This document shows positions 60,599 to 64,000 of a stretch of DNA of 64,000 nucleotides, piece by piece. This DNA comes from Vicugna vicugna (lineage: Eukaryota), in assembly GCA_013265495.1 (NCBI GenBank), contig MU063048.1, positions 4,154,001-4,218,000 on the forward strand, in the 5' to 3' direction. Every line of letters starts with the position of its first letter. Within the stretch, counting starts at the first letter, position 1. The position numbers and the translations under genes were made by a program. The notes beneath the pieces are model-generated. The model ran no database searches. It saw only the letters and a program-made list of their open reading frames with translations, and was not told the origin of the DNA.

Positions 60599-62212
60599 TC
60601 AGAACTTGCTGCAGTCGTAGACGAAGGCCCCGGACGTGCGGTACAGGGACTGGCCCGAGGGGAAGGCCATCTGACAGCTGCTGCTCCCATTCACGGGGGA
60701 GTTGTTCAGGCCGATCCTCTGCGACTCGAACATCTCCCGCACCGAGTGGAAGTTCTGCTGCTGGCCCGGGTAGCCCGCGGCCGCCGCCGCCGCGCTTGCC
60801 AGGTGGCCCAGGTCCCCGCCCGCCTGGTTCAGATACCACGAAGCGAGGCGGCCTTGGTGGGCCACGGGGTGGTGGCCAGACTCCTGGCCGCCGCCGCCGT
60901 GGCCCAGAGAGGAGGAGCTGTTGCTGGTGGCCGGGGTCAGGGAGTAGTCGGGCAGGGGGTCGTCCACCGAGGAGCCGCCGGCGCCCGTGGGCGCGCCCTG
61001 CACGTGGCCGCCGCGCTCGCCAGCTGCGTACAGGCTCATGGCCTGCAGATTGCAGTGGTAGGTCCCGGCGCCCCCCGCCCCGCCGCCCCCGCCAGAGCTG
61101 CCTGCGCCGGGGCTCTGGCTGCAGGGGGAGCCGTACAGGGAGCTCTGGCCGGGCGAGTAGGCGCCGAGCGCCAGCGGGGGCGCGAGGCCGGCGCGCGAGG
61201 ACGCGGTGGCCGGGGCCAGGAGGCTGGAGCCCAGCTCAGCGGCCGCGCCCTGCGGCGACCCCCGCAGCGACGTCATGATGTTGTCCACGCTGAAGCCCTG
61301 ACTGTGCGGAGGCGCGGGCGCGGGCGGCGGGCCGGGCTCCGCGCCGTCCAGGCTTAGCGGACGCGCCGCCGGCAGGCCGCCCGGGGGGCTGCCCGCGCTG
61401 GACAGGCTGCTGCTGCTGCTGTCGGGGCTTTCGATTTTGGGCACCGCGGCGGCGCCCGCGCTGCCGCTGCCCAAGGCGGCGGCCGGGGACAGGGGCTGGG
61501 GCGGCGAGGGGCACGTACCGTTCTCGGTTTTGATGTCCTGGATGCGCACGGGGGGCGGCTGCGCTCCGGGCGCGGCGCCGTCGGCCTGCTCGGGCGGCGC
61601 GGGCGCGGGCTGGCGGCCGGGCGGCGGCGGCGGCTCCTTGAGGTGCAGCCGGTCCTTCTCCTCCTTGTNNNNNNNNNNNNNNNNNNNNNNNNNNNNNNNN
61701 NNNNNNNNNNNNNNNNNNNNNNNNNNNNNNNNNNNNNNNNNNNNNNNNNNNNNNNNNNNNNNNNNNNNNNNNNNNNNNNNNNNNNNNNNNNNNNNNNNNN
61801 NNNNNNNNNNNNNNNNNNNNNNNNNNNNNNNNNNNNNNNNNNNNNNNNNNNNNNNNNNNNNNNNNNNNNNNNNNNNNNNNNNNNNNNNNNNNNNNNNNNN
61901 NNNNNNNNNNNNNNNNNNNNNNNNNNNNNNNNNNNNNNNNNNNNNNNNNNNNNNNNNNNNNNNNNNNNNNNNNNNNNNNNNNNNNNNNNNNNNNNNNNNN
62001 NNNNNNNNNNNNNNNNNNNNNNNNNNNNNNNNNNNNNNNNNNNNNNNNTGCTNNNNNNNNNNNNNNNNNNNNNNNNNNNNNNNNNNNNNNNNNNNNNNNN
62101 NNNNNNNNNNNNNNNNNNNNNNNNNNNNNNNNNNNNNNNNNNNNNNNNNNNNNNNNNNNNNNNNNNNNNNNNNNNNNNNNNNNNNNNNNNNNNNNNNNNN
62201 NNNNNNNNNNNN
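60599..62212 (-). CDS. FOXC1: Forkhead box protein C1, single exon. The C-terminal 355 codons (60602-61666) are visible; the N-terminus and forkhead domain are in the N gap, so the start is inferred
   Basis: Visible translation [15 protein letters not shown]...[11 protein letters not shown]...[15 protein letters not shown]...[11 protein letters not shown]...[14 protein letters not shown]...[20 protein letters not shown]...[14 protein letters not shown] is FOXC1, and the position next to GMDS is syntenic. The start assumes 182 upstream codons as recalled for human; the 4-nt island at 62049-62052 fits that register. The 978-aa ORF in the track is an artefact of reading through Ns. Confidence 0.95.
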   Translation of the reverse strand, partial: XXXXXXXXXXXXXXXXXXXXXXXXXXXXXXXXXXXXXXXXXXXXXXXXXXXXXXXXXXXXXXXXXXXXXXXXXXXXXXXXXXXXXXXXXXXXXXXXXXXXXXXXXXXXXXXXXXXXXXXXXXXXXXXXXXXXXXXXXXXXXXXXXXXXXXXXXXXXXXXXXXXXXXXXXXXXXXXXXXXXXXKEEKDRLHLKEPPPPPGRQPAPAPPEQADGAAPGAQPPPVRIQDIKTENGTCPSPPQPLSPAAALGSGSAGAAAVPKIESPDSSSSSLSSAGSPPGGLPAARPLSLDGAEPGPPPAPAPPHSQGFSVDNIMTSLRGSPQGAAAELGSSLLAPATASSRAGLAPPLALGAYSPGQSSLYGSPCSQSPGAGSSGGGGGAGGAGTYHCNLQAMSLYAAGERGGHVQGAPTGAGGSSVDDPLPDYSLTPATSNSSSSLGHGGGGQESGHHPVAHQGRLASWYLNQAGGDLGHLASAAAAAAGYPGQQQNFHSVREMFESQRIGLNNSPVNGSSSCQMAFPSGQSLYRTSGAFVYDCSKF

Positions 62213-62267
62213 NNNNNNNNNNNNNNNNNNNNNNNNNNNNNNNNNNNNNNNNNNNNNNNNNNNNNNN
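61669..62267. other. Assembly gap (599 nt, with a 4-nt island tgct at 62049-62052) hiding the FOXC1 start and forkhead domain
   Basis: Run of N. Confidence 1.
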
Positions 62268-62606
62268 CGGCCGCCCAGTCCGAGTCCGGGCCCGCGGGCT
62301 GGTGCCGGGCCGCCGCCTCCCCTGCGCTCGCGACTCCGCGGCGCCTCCGGCCGCCGAGGAGGCTCGGGGCGGCGGAGAGGGCCGGACGAGGACGCGGCCC
62401 ACGGCCTTGAACGCGCGCAGCCGCTTCCAGGCGGGAACGGGAGAAAGGAGCCCAAACTAGAAAACAAGAAGACGCCGGCTCGCCGCACCGCCTGCGCCTT
62501 CCAGGAGGCTCTGCCCCAGCCGCCGGCGAAGGCGGCCAGATAACCAGGGCGGGGGGCAGCGCGCCGGCCGCCTGCCCGGGCCCGCGTCACCTTTTTTTCA
62601 GTCTCT

Positions 62607-62737
62607 NNNNNNNNNNNNNNNNNNNNNNNNNNNNNNNNNNNNNNNNNNNNNNNNNNNNNNNNNNNNNNNNNNNNNNNNNNNNNNNNNNNNNNNNNNNNNN
62701 NNNNNNNNNNNNNNNNNNNNNNNNNNNNNNNNNNNNN
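62607..62737. other. Assembly gap (131 N) near the FOXC1 TSS
   Basis: Run of N. Confidence 1.
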
Positions 62738-64000
62738 AGCCAATGGGAGGCGGGAACGCCTCCGAGGGAGCCGGAGGCCGAGCCGGGCCGGCCTGCGCCC
62801 CGCCGCGGAGGACCGAGGGGCTGACCACACGCGCGCCGGCTCGCCTGTCCTGCTCCCGCTCCCGCTCCCGGCCCGCGCCTGGCCGGAGCCCGCAGCCGCG
62901 CGCCTCGCGCCCTGCCGCCCGCGCCAGGCCCCGTTCTCCACCCCGGGCCCTCCGCTGGACGTCCATTGTTCCCGCAGACTTCTCGGGTCCTCCAGGCCCC
63001 ACGTAGATCCTTCCTCCGCCCGCTGTTCCCAGATGTCACCGAGTCCTCGAGCCGCGTCTCGCGCTGGCTCTCTCCCATTCCTTGGCTGATGTGGCCGGCT
63101 CCAGCGCCGGGATTTCCCGAGCCGCTCCTCCCCTTCTCCTCTCCCCTCCCCTGTCCCTCTCTTCTCCTCTCCTCCCACTCCACCTCTTCCCTCCCCTCCC
63201 CTCCCCGAGCGCCAGTCTCCCTGGCTCCCAGAGGTCTCCAGGTTTCCCCCACCTGGAGGCTCTCCAGTCCTGAGCTGGGCTACAAAGGGCACTGTTCTAA
63301 GGGCTCCGTCACAGCCGAGCTCCTTTCCTGGTGGGGGAGGAGTTGTTGCCCCCACCTCTCCTTCCCCGCGACCCCTCCCCATTAGAAATAAGGGAGGGGG
63401 ATATGGGGCCTTGCCTGGAGCTTGGGGCCGCGGCTGGCGATCAGGGGTGCCTGCGGTGCGTGCTGCTGGAGCCTGGGGAAGCCAGGCTCCTCTTGGGGGT
63501 TCACCGCCACCGCCCCCTCTCGTCGAGTCCGGCATCTTTCGGCTCAGAGGAGGGATCAGGCTGCAGGCTCAGTGACAATAGCAGGTGTGAGGACAAGAAG
63601 CAAATAAATACGTCCCACCTCCTCCTCCACATGTGCGTGGCTGCCTGCTCGCAGAGATAAGGGGTGTGATTGGGGGTTGGGGGGAGTTCAGAATCGCACA
63701 GGCAGGGCGGCTCAGGGGTTCTGGGGGATAAACACAGGAGAATCCTCGAGCAAGCGTCAGAGACTCGCAGTTTTCAGGTGACTGGGATGGAATGGGGAGG
63801 AGAGAAACGAGAGGGAAACCCCCAAGGGGCAGGAAGGAGATGGGCCTCCCTCTGCCTGCCGCGCGATTCTGCATTTTCCGGCAACGCCGAAAAGCCATTC
63901 CTGGTCCTTTACTGGAAGCTGGAGGAGCTGGCGAGTCTAGGAAGCTGTGAGGAAGAGCAACTCACACCTCCATCCCCCAAATTCTGACAATCTTTAACTG

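Larger units (their letters stand above)
60560..63110 (-). promoter_or_regulatory. FOXC1: FOXC1 CpG island covering the CDS, 5'UTR and promoter; CCAAT box (62740-62744) next to a GC box GGGAGGCGGG (62745-62754)
   Basis: Very high GC and CpG density. 62268-62606 resembles the recalled human FOXC1 5'UTR (e.g. gggcccggactcggact and aaaaaaaggtgacgcggg on the minus strand). The TSS is probably in or near the gap at 62607-62737. Confidence 0.8.

Noticed and set aside
60599-63535. 978-aa minus-strand ORF
   Set aside because: It is an artefact of translating through three N runs. Only the FOXC1 part up to about 62212 is coding; the rest is UTR and promoter.
63100-64000. FOXCUT lncRNA or another upstream transcript
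   Set aside because: In human it lies further upstream of FOXC1 than this window extends, and nothing here identifies it.
1-64000. tRNA, rRNA, snRNA or processed pseudogenes
   Set aside because: I saw no A/B-box cloverleaf, known RNA motif or poly(A)-tailed retrocopy. A tRNAscan or Rfam run would be needed to exclude them formally.

Overview
This is GC- and CpG-rich eutherian mammalian genomic DNA, syntenic with the human 6p25 GMDS-FOXC1 junction and shown in reverse orientation. Bases 1-49542 are the distal part of the very long penultimate intron of GMDS (GDP-mannose 4,6-dehydratase, + strand). The last two GMDS coding exons follow at 49543-49611 and 49771-49833, then a short 3'UTR. About 8.8 kb of intergenic DNA with CpG islands separates GMDS from the convergent single-exon FOXC1 gene (- strand, stop at 60599). 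The FOXC1 N-terminus and entire forkhead domain fall in an N gap, with the ATG inferred at about 62212. The intron holds three old L1 relics, several MIR relics, a short tandem duplication and microsatellites. I recognised no young lineage-specific SINE, so I cannot name the species. Almost all ORFs in the supplied track are GC-driven noise. I found no convincing new gene or wholly novel system. The best leads are: (i) a candidate alternative terminal or poison exon in the GMDS intron at 17929; (ii) ancient L1 copies rewritten to CpG-island-like composition, consistent with GC-biased gene conversion; (iii) AT-rich, motif-dense islands that are candidate FOXC1 enhancers; and (iv) an in-frame, stop-free last GMDS intron. 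Repeat and human-orthologue comparisons are from memory of consensus sequences, not database searches, and motif calls are by eye.
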